A stretch of 64,000 bases of DNA from an uncultured Poribacteria bacterium. GTDB lineage: Bacteria > Poribacteria > WGA-4E > WGA-3G. The notes under the pieces are model-generated. The model was not told the DNA's origin, did no database searches, and saw only the letters and a list, made by a program, of their open reading frames with translations. The stretch spans positions 1,696,001 through 1,760,000 of the forward strand of contig OX638351.1 in NCBI GenBank assembly GCA_951813565.1. Reading direction: 5' to 3'. The stretch's first letter is position 1. Every line of letters begins with the position of its first letter. The position numbers and the translations under genes are program-made. Of this stretch, positions 18,318-27,244 are shown piece after piece.

Positions 18318-21215
18318 TTAATCTAAAAAGATAAATTCGTTTAAATTCAATGCTAACAATGCAAATCTGTCAAGTGCGATGTCTGTAGTTACACCATTCT
18401 GTTGCTGGAGTTCAGAGATGAAATTTAATGCATGTTGTATCTCTGTTTGTTCGGGTTCACGACATAATACAAGACGTAATCCATATTTCACACGATCCTC
18501 TATCGTAATTCCACCTTCCCAACGCATTCTATTTGCAAATATGTGTGCTTGTTCATTAATGAACTTTCCGTTAAGCATCGTCAGTGATTGCGTTGGTACA
18601 GTTGTTGTAAACCGAACAGGACAGGTAGAATCTGTATTTGCTTGGTCATATAGGTTCAATATTGGTACAAGTAACGAACGTTTTACCTTTACATAAACAC
18701 TTCTCCGATTTGTCTCATCTGGTGGAGATTGCCCCCAAACACTCCCTGGTCTTGAGGCAGTTGCCAACACTTCTTCAGGTAGTTCTGGATATATACTTGG
18801 TCCTGCCATTTTCAAGTTCAGTTTACCAGTTATCCATAACACTGTATCCCGAATCTCCTCGGCAGTTAACCGTCGCATGTTGAATCTCCAAAATAGGTCA
18901 TTATTCGCATCCTTATGTATGTAAGTCGGATTGCTCTGTGTAGACATCTGATATGTGTTTGATGTCATAATCAACTTATGCATCGCTTTTATTTTCCATC
19001 CAGAAGTGATGAATTCGGACGCAAGCCAGTCAAGAAGTTCAGGATGTGTAGGAGGTGAACCCAATTGCCCAAAATCGTTGGATGTACGGACGATACCACG
19101 TCCGAAGTGATATTGCCAAATGCGGTTGACCATCACGCGCGCGGTAAGTGGGTTGTCATCCTTTGCAACCCATTCTGCAAAGACACGTCGTTTACCAGAT
19201 GTCTTTGACTCTTTTGGCATCACTGGTGTCTCTACCACAGGTGGATTTAGCACAGAAGGAAATGCTGGGTTAACCTCCCGACCAACAAGAGTTGGATTAC
19301 CTCTCCGCAAAATGTGTGTCGGTGTCTGCGAGTCTTCTGTTACTACCAAGGCTTGATGTTCATAGGGTATACGTTGGCGATGACGTTGATCACGCTGTTG
19401 TTTTATCACATTATATTTATCCACTAATGATTTTAGTTCTTCATTAGATTCAATATAGTCTTTGTGTGTATTCAGCAATTTTCCGAAATTGATATTTGCT
19501 GTGGTAGAAAGAAATTGTCTTTCAATATTTGGAGCAGACCACGAAATTTCCAGACTCGGTTTATCCAAATCCTTATTAAAATATTCTAGACGAATCGGTA
19601 TATCACCTGTCTCAAGTGCAAGTTGTGTTTCACTATCACCGCTTAATTCGCTTACTAACTGACCGTTGAGTATCAGTCTAAATTCTCCATTCAAATTAAG
19701 ATGAAAGGTATAAGTTGCATCTTCAGCTACTTGTAATGTGCCCACAAAGACCAAACCTATGTTTTTCTTTGGATTTGCAGGTGCAAGGGAGAATAGGTTG
19801 CTAAATAATCTACCTTCGGCAGTCAATTCAAGAGAATCAAAATCACTTGGAATCTGTTCAAAAATACCACGATAGAAACGATAGGTCAAGTTTTGTATAG
19901 GAGATTCGGTGATGTTAGGTGCAATCGGTTCAGAATGAATTTTAGCAAGCTCTATTTTTATGTTTTCCTGTATATGAAAGAGTTGATCGTGATATTCTTC
20001 TTCTGCTTGTCGTTTTTCAGTAAGCAACCTGTTACGTTCTGCCTGTTGTTCGGGTGAACCAATATCTGCAAGTGGTCCACCGTTGTGGGGTCTAATGTCG
20101 TGGAAAAATGCGAGAAAACTATAATAATCCTGCATTGAAATAGGATCAATTTTATGGTCGTGGCAACGTGCACATCCTATTGTCATCCCCAGCATAACCT
20201 GTCCAGTAGTAGACACAATATCATCAAGATAGTTATACCGTGCAAGTTTGCGATCAGCAGGACCCGTATCCCACACTCCAAGTTTATGATAACCTGTAGC
20301 GATAACGGTTTCTGACGTTGCAGTATCAAGTTCATCACCAGCTAATTGCTCTTTTAAAAATTGGTCGTAAGGTTTATCTTGATTGAAGGAATTTATAACA
20401 TAGTCTCTATATCGCCATATATATGGTTTATCAGAATCGCTTTCATATCCGTTTGTCTCAGCATATCGAACAAGGTCAAGCCAATGTCGTCCCCATTTTT
20501 CACCATATCGTGGAGACTTAAGGAGTTTGTCAATGAGTTTCTCATAAGCATCAGGTGCAGTGTTGTTAAGAAATGCGTCTACTGCTTCTGGTGAAGGTGG
20601 TAGACCTGTAAGATCGTAGTATACACGACGAATAAGAGAAAGTTTGGTTGCAGGTGCGGCAGGGGTTAGTCCATTTGCTTCCAACTTTGCAAGAATAAAT
20701 GAATCAATCGGATTCAGTACCCAATTTGCCTTATGTACTGATGGTATAGATGGTTGTGTTAATGGAAGATATGCCCAATAATTGGATGCTGAGTCAATAT
20801 TCGGATGAGTATCGTTTTCAAGTGTGGGGTAGGGTAGTCCTATGTTGATCCACTTTGCTAAAATTTCAAGTGATGCGTCATCTAACTTGCCATCCGGTGG
20901 CATTTGTGCTGTTTCTTGGTTGTAACCAACCATTTCAAGTAATAAACTTTGATTTGGATTATCTAATGAGACTGTAGCACCGTAATGTCCACCTTCAAGG
21001 ATTTTTTCCCGATTCGTCAAGTCGAGTCCACCCTCTACTTCAGTCCTGCCACCGTGGCATTGGAGGCAGTTTTCTTCAAGAATAGGCTTCACTTGAGTGT
21101 TAAAGAATTCAGTTTTTTCTTTATCGCTCAGATTATTCGCATGACTGGTGCTAAGAAAAATCAACGCACATAAGAAAACAATGATACGAAAACAGAAATA
21201 ATAGGAATGTTGCAT
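18318..21215 (-). CDS. Planctomycete cytochrome c / DUF1549-DUF1553 (PSD1) protein with PA14-like insert
   Basis: CxxCH motifs 'CLQCH' and 'CARCHDHK', 'YGEKWGRHWLDLVRYAET', 'NPLTARVMVNRIWQYHFGRG'; ATG at 21215 with AGGAG RBS; paired with the DUF1501 gene. Confidence 0.88.
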   Translation of the reverse strand: MQHSYYFCFRIIVFLCALIFLSTSHANNLSDKEKTEFFNTQVKPILEENCLQCHGGRTEVEGGLDLTNREKILEGGHYGATVSLDNPNQSLLLEMVGYNQETAQMPPDGKLDDASLEILAKWINIGLPYPTLENDTHPNIDSASNYWAYLPLTQPSIPSVHKANWVLNPIDSFILAKLEANGLTPAAPATKLSLIRRVYYDLTGLPPSPEAVDAFLNNTAPDAYEKLIDKLLKSPRYGEKWGRHWLDLVRYAETNGYESDSDKPYIWRYRDYVINSFNQDKPYDQFLKEQLAGDELDTATSETVIATGYHKLGVWDTGPADRKLARYNYLDDIVSTTGQVMLGMTIGCARCHDHKIDPISMQDYYSFLAFFHDIRPHNGGPLADIGSPEQQAERNRLLTEKRQAEEEYHDQLFHIQENIKIELAKIHSEPIAPNITESPIQNLTYRFYRGIFEQIPSDFDSLELTAEGRLFSNLFSLAPANPKKNIGLVFVGTLQVAEDATYTFHLNLNGEFRLILNGQLVSELSGDSETQLALETGDIPIRLEYFNKDLDKPSLEISWSAPNIERQFLSTTANINFGKLLNTHKDYIESNEELKSLVDKYNVIKQQRDQRHRQRIPYEHQALVVTEDSQTPTHILRRGNPTLVGREVNPAFPSVLNPPVVETPVMPKESKTSGKRRVFAEWVAKDDNPLTARVMVNRIWQYHFGRGIVRTSNDFGQLGSPPTHPELLDWLASEFITSGWKIKAMHKLIMTSNTYQMSTQSNPTYIHKDANNDLFWRFNMRRLTAEEIRDTVLWITGKLNLKMAGPSIYPELPEEVLATASRPGSVWGQSPPDETNRRSVYVKVKRSLLVPILNLYDQANTDSTCPVRFTTTVPTQSLTMLNGKFINEQAHIFANRMRWEGGITIEDRVKYGLRLVLCREPEQTEIQHALNFISELQQQNGVTTDIALDRFALLALNLNEFIFLD

Positions 21216-21409
21216 AACTTCTCCTATCACATTGTGTAATTGACATCAAACACCAATGCTTGAGGATATCTTGAGTTTGACAATATCTGCTGAACGGCAA
21301 GATTTCATGATCAACTTCACTATAATAACATATTTGAGGAAAAGAAATCTATGAAAATCAGCTAAATTCTGATTTTCATTCAATCTTGCCGAGTATGCCC
21401 ATTTTTACT

Positions 21410-22963
21410 TTACAACGAATCTTCTGTTTCCTGCGTTTCAGTTGGCACGACAGAAATCCGCGCAAGAAATGCGTTAGTGCTCCCCTTCTCACAGAACCAA
21501 TTACCCGTTGCGCCTAACCTAAACCGTTGTCCACAAACAAACTGGTGACGAATTTGTCCTGTGTCACCAGGCGGAATATCCCATGCTGAAGCAAGTGCGT
21601 CATCTGGATACCCCTCTGTGGGCAGTTCAACGTTAGCATCAAACAGATCGAACGAACCAGTCGCTTCACCCTCACCAACCTGTATATCAATAATAAGCGT
21701 TCCTCCTTGTTCATAAGAAGTAGCGTCAATTTCAGTAGGCGTATAATCCTGATAGCCTTCTCCCGGTCCGCGGAAGACATTCAAAACCTCCATCAATTCT
21801 TCCCTCTTTTCGTTGCTATCGGTGCGGTCTCCACCCGTTACTTGGGAGGTACTATCAATTTTCCCTTTCGCAACGTCCGCTAACAGTGATAAATACCTTT
21901 GTGCTGGATTTCGGCTTGGGAGTTTGTTTTCTGGCTGGTGCATAATTACCTCGGCATCAGGATTCAGCACCTGAATATCAACTGCACCTACGTAATTATC
22001 TTTGAGCGTTTTAGCGAAAATGCCGACCCCTTCACCCTCTGAATCTGCAATCAGTTCTGACAAATCGCGAAAGAGGACGCAGGTATTGACAAAATTCTCG
22101 TTGAGCACTTTGATGAGTTCCGAATTCGAGAGTGGACCCACCCTCAAGTTTTTACCATTCGCTCAGCAGGATTCATCGTCCAATGGGCCCCAGCTAATGA
22201 CTGCATGCATCGGACGTTGTGTTGCCTCCACTTTTTCAACTGCCTCTTCAAGCGGTAGCCAGTCAATTTCAGCAAACTTGTAGAACTTCAATTCTAATCT
22301 TTTGCGTGCCTCTTCGGATGTGACTGAACTTTCCCAATCAATTTCGTCTCGTGCTTTAGTTGAGGTGGCATGGAGTTTCATACGCGGCACGAAAACCATG
22401 TCAGCATACCCAAAGTCGTTAATATCCACATTGATATTGCGCGGTGGTAAAGCGAGCGAAAAGTCACAAACGACACCTATTTTCAGATTGATAAGCAATC
22501 GTCCTGAAAATTGCGATGGAATAAATCGAGCGACATCTATCAGATCGTCATCGTTGCGGCGTTTCGATTCCGGTTTGGGACGTGTTGCCAAAGTAAACTC
22601 TGCATGAATTCGGAACGTGATGTCGGCATAGTCCGGCGAAAGTGCGCGTAAGCAGGCGAAAGCCCCTTTCTCTCCATGGCGTAATTCTCCTGTAGCACCC
22701 AGGTGAAACTGTGAAAGGAACGGAATAACTTTGTCCAGATCCAATTCCCAAACATCACCTACCGCCACATTTGACGTTGGAAAAAAGGCGTTGAAAGCCT
22801 CTACTTTATACTCTCTGGTGGGTTCGTTTGGTGATAGATCAAAGAGTTCTATGTTTTCTGGTGAGTCTTTGTGTAGATCGTAAGTCGCATTGGTAATCGG
22901 GTCCCAGTGCGCATGGACTTGTAAGGTTGCTGTATTTTTCAAGACATTGTTAAGGTCTACCAT
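21410..22963 (-). CDS. Selenoprotein N (SELENON)-like selenoprotein, ~517 aa, Sec at residue 267 (TGA at 22163-22165)
   Basis: The two track ORFs are in the same frame, separated by TGA plus 5 sense codons, reading 'WGPLDDESC-U-ANGKNLRVGPLSNSELIKVLNENF'; motifs 'FRIHAEF', 'PSQFSG', 'EEARKRLE' match my recollection of animal SelN; hairpin directly 3' of the TGA. Confidence 0.88.
22121..22162 (-). promoter_or_regulatory. Bacterial SECIS-like hairpin
   Basis: mRNA after UGA reads GCGAAU GGUAAAAAC UUGAGGGUG-GGUC-CACUCUCGA AUUCG; upper stem with a G-initiated tetraloop 24 nt after the UGA, lower stem CGAAU/AUUCG. Confidence 0.78.
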
Positions 22964-23065
22964 CGATTTTTCCTTTTACATGATTCATTTTATAGTTTCA
23001 TATATTATAAATTATACAGGCTACGGACAAATTTTGCCAAACTTATCGTATCATGAAATTTCTTG

Positions 23066-25105
23066 CTACAGGTAAGGTGTCACATCCCAAAGCATGATAG
23101 TGCCATCAAAACTACCACTTGCCAAAAGTGTGCCATCTGGTGAAAATGCAAGCGACTGAATATCTGTCGGATGTCCCCAAAGAGTAGTGATATTTTCTCC
23201 ACTTGCAACATCCCATAAGCTAATTGCCATTTTTTCCATTCCCGTTTGCCACCAGGTCCCCGAGGCAAGATAACGTCCACACGGTGAAAATGCCAAAGCA
23301 TAGGGTTTTTCTGTTTGAGTCTGTGGTATTGCAAAAAGCGTCGTCAAACTTTCAGCACACCACAAACGCAATTCGCCAAACATTCCGCCTGCAATTAAGT
23401 TACCATCTGGAGAAAATCTTATATTCATAAGTGTCTTAGGTTCACTTAATGGAAATATCGCAATTTCTTCACCAGACGCGACATCCCATAGTCTATTGGT
23501 ATTATCACTTGAACCACTCGCAAGTCGTTTGCCGTCTGGAGAGAAGCAAACTGACCAGATGAACTCTGTATGTCCGATAAATGGCTTTAACTTTTCCTTA
23601 TTTTTGAAATCCCAATGATATATTGTGCCCTCTCTGCTACTAACTGCAATTCTGTCACCTGTCGGTGCGACTGCTATTTTCCAAGTTAATTGTGCTTTTT
23701 CAGTAAATTCAGCAATCGGTTCGTCAGGTTTTTCAGCGTCCCACACACAGCCATAGTCTTCATTGCCTCGGATATACGCAGCGATGATGTTTCCGCAAGG
23801 TAAAACAGTGAAAGAGGTAATCCGTTTGTCCCCAAGTAATGTTTCTCGCGCCTGCTTACTTTCAACATCCCATAATACAATTCCCCTACGATCACTTGTA
23901 CTCGCAAGCGTCTTTCCATCCGGTAAAAATAGAACCGGATCTGGAACATAGTCAAATCTGCGAAGCGATGAGATTCGGTGTATGTTATGCCCCCTCTCTG
24001 ACTCTTTGCTCAATGTAATGTCTTTAAGAACCAACTGCGGAAACTCTCTAAACCACATAGCATCAATACTATTCGGATGAATTTCTGGAATGGGTAGTTT
24101 TTCCCTGCGTTCCACATTCCATACCTCAATAGTATTTTCTCCATCCACGATAACAAATAGCTCACCTTCTGTCGAGTAGAATGGTACTGCCCGAGTCGTT
24201 TGAAAATCAGTGTACACCTTCTTTTCCACACCCTTTGTCATGTCCCATACGAACAGGATTTCATCTCTACTACTAAATGCAAGAAACTCGCCACAAGGTG
24301 AAAAGGTAATAGTGTCAATCCAATCACTTTTCACTCTAAAGTGGGAGATGCGTTCACCTGTTATTATATTCCATACTGAGACGTAGTGGTTAATTGGATC
24401 GGCATCATCACGGGATTCGTCAGAAGTTAATCCAGCAAGTAGACAACTATTTTGAGAGAAACAATAATATCTGCCTGCGAACTTGAAAGTTAGATCATCT
24501 GTATCAGGACACCAGACGTAAGTTTGCGTGCCTTCTGTGCCAAGATTATCTGCAGTTGCAGCAACGTACTGCCCATTTGGTGAAAATTCCAGTTCGGTAA
24601 TATCAGCAGATATTACTTCACGTTCACCACGATCCATCTGTGCAACACAAACACCTTGATTCACATCTAATACCTCAACGATGCCTCTCCAATTCGCAGT
24701 AGCAACCCACTTACTATCTGGGGAAAAGGTAATGCGCCAATAGATATTTTGTTCTTGCATCCGTTTGATCTGTGCAAGGCACTCACCACTCTGAGCATCT
24801 AACACTTTGATTATGCCATCCCAATTTGCGATAGCAAGGCATTCACCATTTGGTGAAAAATCGACAGCAGAAATCATCCCGCGTTCTGTTTCCCACAGAG
24901 CGATAGGTGACTTTGACGACATCTCATACCACCAAAGTCCAATAAGTGTTCCGACAGCGAAATACTTTCTGTTAGGGGAAAGTGCCACTCTAAAATCCCT
25001 TCCTTTTCCCAAACGAGCAATTGCGCCATCAGGTAACGCCCATGTAGTTCCTTCAGTGTCACCCTGCACAACGTTGAATGGTGCGGGTCTTCTATTTTGT
25101 CTCAT
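23066..25105 (-). CDS. WD40-repeat protein
   Basis: Many 'FSPDG..LASGS.D....LWD' repeats; N-terminal '[16 protein letters not shown]'; ATG at 25105 with AAGGAG RBS. Confidence 0.88.
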   Translation of the reverse strand: MRQNRRPAPFNVVQGDTEGTTWALPDGAIARLGKGRDFRVALSPNRKYFAVGTLIGLWWYEMSSKSPIALWETERGMISAVDFSPNGECLAIANWDGIIKVLDAQSGECLAQIKRMQEQNIYWRITFSPDSKWVATANWRGIVEVLDVNQGVCVAQMDRGEREVISADITELEFSPNGQYVAATADNLGTEGTQTYVWCPDTDDLTFKFAGRYYCFSQNSCLLAGLTSDESRDDADPINHYVSVWNIITGERISHFRVKSDWIDTITFSPCGEFLAFSSRDEILFVWDMTKGVEKKVYTDFQTTRAVPFYSTEGELFVIVDGENTIEVWNVERREKLPIPEIHPNSIDAMWFREFPQLVLKDITLSKESERGHNIHRISSLRRFDYVPDPVLFLPDGKTLASTSDRRGIVLWDVESKQARETLLGDKRITSFTVLPCGNIIAAYIRGNEDYGCVWDAEKPDEPIAEFTEKAQLTWKIAVAPTGDRIAVSSREGTIYHWDFKNKEKLKPFIGHTEFIWSVCFSPDGKRLASGSSDNTNRLWDVASGEEIAIFPLSEPKTLMNIRFSPDGNLIAGGMFGELRLWCAESLTTLFAIPQTQTEKPYALAFSPCGRYLASGTWWQTGMEKMAISLWDVASGENITTLWGHPTDIQSLAFSPDGTLLASGSFDGTIMLWDVTPYL

Positions 25106-25143
25106 ATTAACTCCTTGATTTTTTGTTGATCCCAAACTTGGGT

Positions 25144-27153
25144 TTAAACATCTATATAGGGTTTGATATCCCAAAGCATGATGGCACCATCATAACCGCC
25201 ACTCGCTAAAATCTCGCTATCCGGAGAAAAAGCGAGACATTGAACATCACTGCTGTGTCCTCGGAAGGCTGCGATATTTTTACCACTCGAAACATCCCAT
25301 AACAGCACGGGACACTTTTTCATACCGAAGTCGCGTATCCACCACGCACCAGAAGCCAAATAGCCACCACATGGTGAAAATGCTAACGCAAAAGGATAAA
25401 AACTCTCTTGTGGTAGCGGTAGTGTCAAAATGATCTCACAATGAACGGTGTCCCATAACAGAAGTTCTCGAATTCTTCCACAGGCTATCAGACGACTGCA
25501 ATCAGAAAAGGCAATTGCACGAAATTTATTTGGAAACGCTTCAATAGACTCACCACTTTCAACATCCCACATTCGGGATTTAGGTCCAGTGCTGCTAATG
25601 CTTACCAGCAGTTTTTCATTTGGGCTAAAAGCAAGTGAATACGTCCCTTCATCATGTGCTTCGCACGCATGCTGTATGTGCTGTTTCTGCACATCCCACA
25701 CATACAGCATGCCATCACTATCCCCACATGCCAGTTTGTTGCTTTTGTGTGCGAATGCTGCCTTTGATACTTGCCGCTCTTGTTCGACAAGCGGTCTTTT
25801 TTCGTTGGGAAGTGTGAAAGTGGCAACTGGTGTATCAGTGTTTCCAATGTCCCATACCCTTGCAATTTTGCCATCGCGCCCTGTTGCGTAGATTTTTCCT
25901 TGTGACGACACAGAGACAATATATTCTCTTCCAGGCAGATTGAAACTGGATGGCAGTGAGGAGGGTTGGGTAATATCCCACAACATTACCTTCTCGTTTT
26001 CGCTCCAATACCCGCCTGCAAGCGTTTTTCCATCTGGCGCAAAAACCAGCGAAAAAGGAACACCTGTATGTAAATGCGGAAACGAACGTGGTTCAAAATC
26101 ACTTACCGTCCATTTCCGAAATTCACGGGGGTTCTTGGAAGCTAAAACATAAGAGGTGCCCTTTGGAACGTGGGCATCATGGAGATAAATGTGCTCTTCA
26201 AGGAAGCGTTCACACTTTTCACCGCACGCTACGTCCCACAAGATGAAAGCATCAGAAACTTCCAAAGCGTGCAGCACACCCTCTGGAGAGTAGAAAACTT
26301 TCTTCCGTTCCGTGCCAAGATTTTGAAATGTATGGAGCAACTCCCAATTTATGACTGACCAAACCCGGATTGCCCCATCTCGTCCTCCAGATGCAAGGAA
26401 CTTTCCACAGGGTGAAAAGACAACACTATAAACAAAATCAGGATGTTCTGTAAGACAAGTGAGTTGCTCACCTGTTTTTATATTCCATATAGCGATATAG
26501 TTGGAAGTGTGTTCGGTTTTAGGGATTCTAGGGATTCTCCAACCGAGATCTGCATGTGTGAATAAGCGTTCATCAGGCATTGTACAAGCGATTAAACTGC
26601 CATCCGGAGAGAAGGCAATAGGACGTCGTAGAATAGGAGCCCATATATAATTGGTATTGTCGTGAAATTTTGCAATCAGCTCCCATGTTTCAGTATTCCA
26701 GACGTATAAGATGTAGTCACGCTTATTGGAAATAGCGAGAAGCTGACTATCAGGCGAGAAGACGAGGTGGGAGACATAATCGTAAGATCTCTCCGCTTCA
26801 TTTCGTTCCATTTGTGAAATGCAAACACCTCTCTGCCAATCCCATACCTTGACGAGTCCGTCTCCATCGGCTGTAGCAAGCCACTTGCCGTTTGGTGAAA
26901 AGGAGACAGCATCAATATATCCCCTATCAGTGTCCCAGAGATCAATAGTAGCCATAGTGGATAAATCATACCACCAGATCCCTATAGTACTCCCGCATGC
27001 AAAGTGTTTTCCATCAGGAGAATATGATGTAGTGTTAGGCATTATTAGCCCTTGCCCTAATCGGGCGATTGCGTCTTCAGGAAGTTCCCAAGTCGTTATA
27101 TCGCTGTTTTCATACGGTGCTAAAGCAGGTGACCAATTTTTACTATTTTGCAT
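25144..27153 (-). CDS. WD40-repeat protein (paralog 2)
   Basis: 'TTWELPEDAIARLGQG' N-terminus and WD repeats such as 'FSPDSEILASGGYDGAIMLWD'. Confidence 0.88.
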   Translation of the reverse strand: MQNSKNWSPALAPYENSDITTWELPEDAIARLGQGLIMPNTTSYSPDGKHFACGSTIGIWWYDLSTMATIDLWDTDRGYIDAVSFSPNGKWLATADGDGLVKVWDWQRGVCISQMERNEAERSYDYVSHLVFSPDSQLLAISNKRDYILYVWNTETWELIAKFHDNTNYIWAPILRRPIAFSPDGSLIACTMPDERLFTHADLGWRIPRIPKTEHTSNYIAIWNIKTGEQLTCLTEHPDFVYSVVFSPCGKFLASGGRDGAIRVWSVINWELLHTFQNLGTERKKVFYSPEGVLHALEVSDAFILWDVACGEKCERFLEEHIYLHDAHVPKGTSYVLASKNPREFRKWTVSDFEPRSFPHLHTGVPFSLVFAPDGKTLAGGYWSENEKVMLWDITQPSSLPSSFNLPGREYIVSVSSQGKIYATGRDGKIARVWDIGNTDTPVATFTLPNEKRPLVEQERQVSKAAFAHKSNKLACGDSDGMLYVWDVQKQHIQHACEAHDEGTYSLAFSPNEKLLVSISSTGPKSRMWDVESGESIEAFPNKFRAIAFSDCSRLIACGRIRELLLWDTVHCEIILTLPLPQESFYPFALAFSPCGGYLASGAWWIRDFGMKKCPVLLWDVSSGKNIAAFRGHSSDVQCLAFSPDSEILASGGYDGAIMLWDIKPYIDV

Positions 27154-27244
27154 AAACTTTTTCTCTTAATAATTGTTATATTTTAGATTCAAGTAATTTG
27201 AACTTGAGTGCCGCGTAACACTTGTAAGGCCAATTCAAACCGTT

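Noticed and set aside
21410..22147. Independent 245-aa ORF starting at TTG 22147
   Set aside because: No RBS is evident; it is the in-frame continuation past a Sec UGA and similarity to SelN spans the junction
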